Source: a virus. From it: a stretch of 64,000 nt of DNA. This document shows, in pieces, positions 63,545 to 64,000 of this stretch. Positions within the stretch are counted from its first letter, which is position 1. Each line of letters opens with the position of its first letter. Below the pieces are notes generated by a model that was not told the DNA's origin, ran no database searches, and saw only the letters and a list, made by a program, of their open reading frames with translations. Both the position numbers and the translations under genes were made by a program. The stretch lies in the IMG/VR virus record IMGVR_UViG_3300030419_003252, positions 20,544-84,543 of that record; one strand, 5' to 3'.

Positions 63545-64000
63545 ATGAATCCTGCCTATTACAGATATGGCATCCCTACTCTCGGCGGCGCAGTCGTCGG
63601 AGGAGTAGGTGCTGCTCAAGATGGCGGTGATTTTGGAAATGTTCTTGGCGGTACTCTCCTTGGTGCTGGCATAGGTGCTGGTGCTGCAGGAGCCGCAAGA
63701 TCATTTGATGTTGCTGGCCCAGCTGCTGAAAGGATTGCTGGAAAGGTTTCAAAAGTAGGAAAAGGTGGAAGACAAAGTTCTCAAGATTTTCTTAACCGAC
63801 AAATCGCACAACTTTTAAATCAAACACCTGACTCTGAAATACGTAAAGCTGCTTTAATTCAAGCAGGTAGAGGCAGCAAAGCTGTATTTAATCCTTTAAT
63901 TGCAACTAGTGCAGGAGACGTTTCTGGGCTAGGAGCAACAGCTTTAGGAATGGGAGCAATGCTTCCTGCAGGGGCAATAGCTGGAGGTGTTGCTTCTATG
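63545..64000 (+). CDS. Gly/Ala-rich protein (3'-truncated by window)
   Basis: Open from ATG 63545 to window end; glycine-zipper segments. Confidence 0.6.
   Translation, partial: MNPAYYRYGIPTLGGAVVGGVGAAQDGGDFGNVLGGTLLGAGIGAGAAGAARSFDVAGPAAERIAGKVSKVGKGGRQSSQDFLNRQIAQLLNQTPDSEIRKAALIQAGRGSKAVFNPLIATSAGDVSGLGATALGMGAMLPAGAIAGGVASM

Overview
AT-rich (~35% GC) tailed dsDNA cyanophage genome segment; the marine picocyanobacterial host is inferred from an NblA-like gene, a DUF4278-like gene, many cyanophage-type small ORFs and cyanobacterial-type DnaA boxes. Layout: + strand tail/fibre genes (1-9.6 kb); an exported/membrane-protein module and sugar-modification genes (9.6-18.7 kb); a long - strand early/replication arm (46.0 kb down to 18.7 kb) with many small ORFs, two SSBs, ArdC, a DGQHR/ParB-like protein, T7-type DNA polymerase A, Gp157, a PD-(D/E)XK exonuclease and a Prim-Pol/D5 primase-helicase; a non-coding divergence point (46.0-46.5 kb); and a + strand virion/packaging arm (candidate internal virion proteins, large terminase, portal, scaffold). 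The most striking unexplained structure is non-coding. (1) Six anticodon-less tRNA-mimic folds punctuate six consecutive early-gene junctions (44.26-45.89 kb). (2) Six covarying bulged hairpins with a GUAAG core and three small UAAAC(U) hairpin/pseudoknot elements sit at other - strand junctions. (3) A 22-bp motif lies exactly 4 nt after the stop codon of all four fibre genes that share a DYEEGT-type C-terminal tip domain, one of them inverted ~17 kb away. A 593-nt dual-coding portal/scaffold overlap is also present. All protein calls come from motif recognition by eye, and no database search was run.
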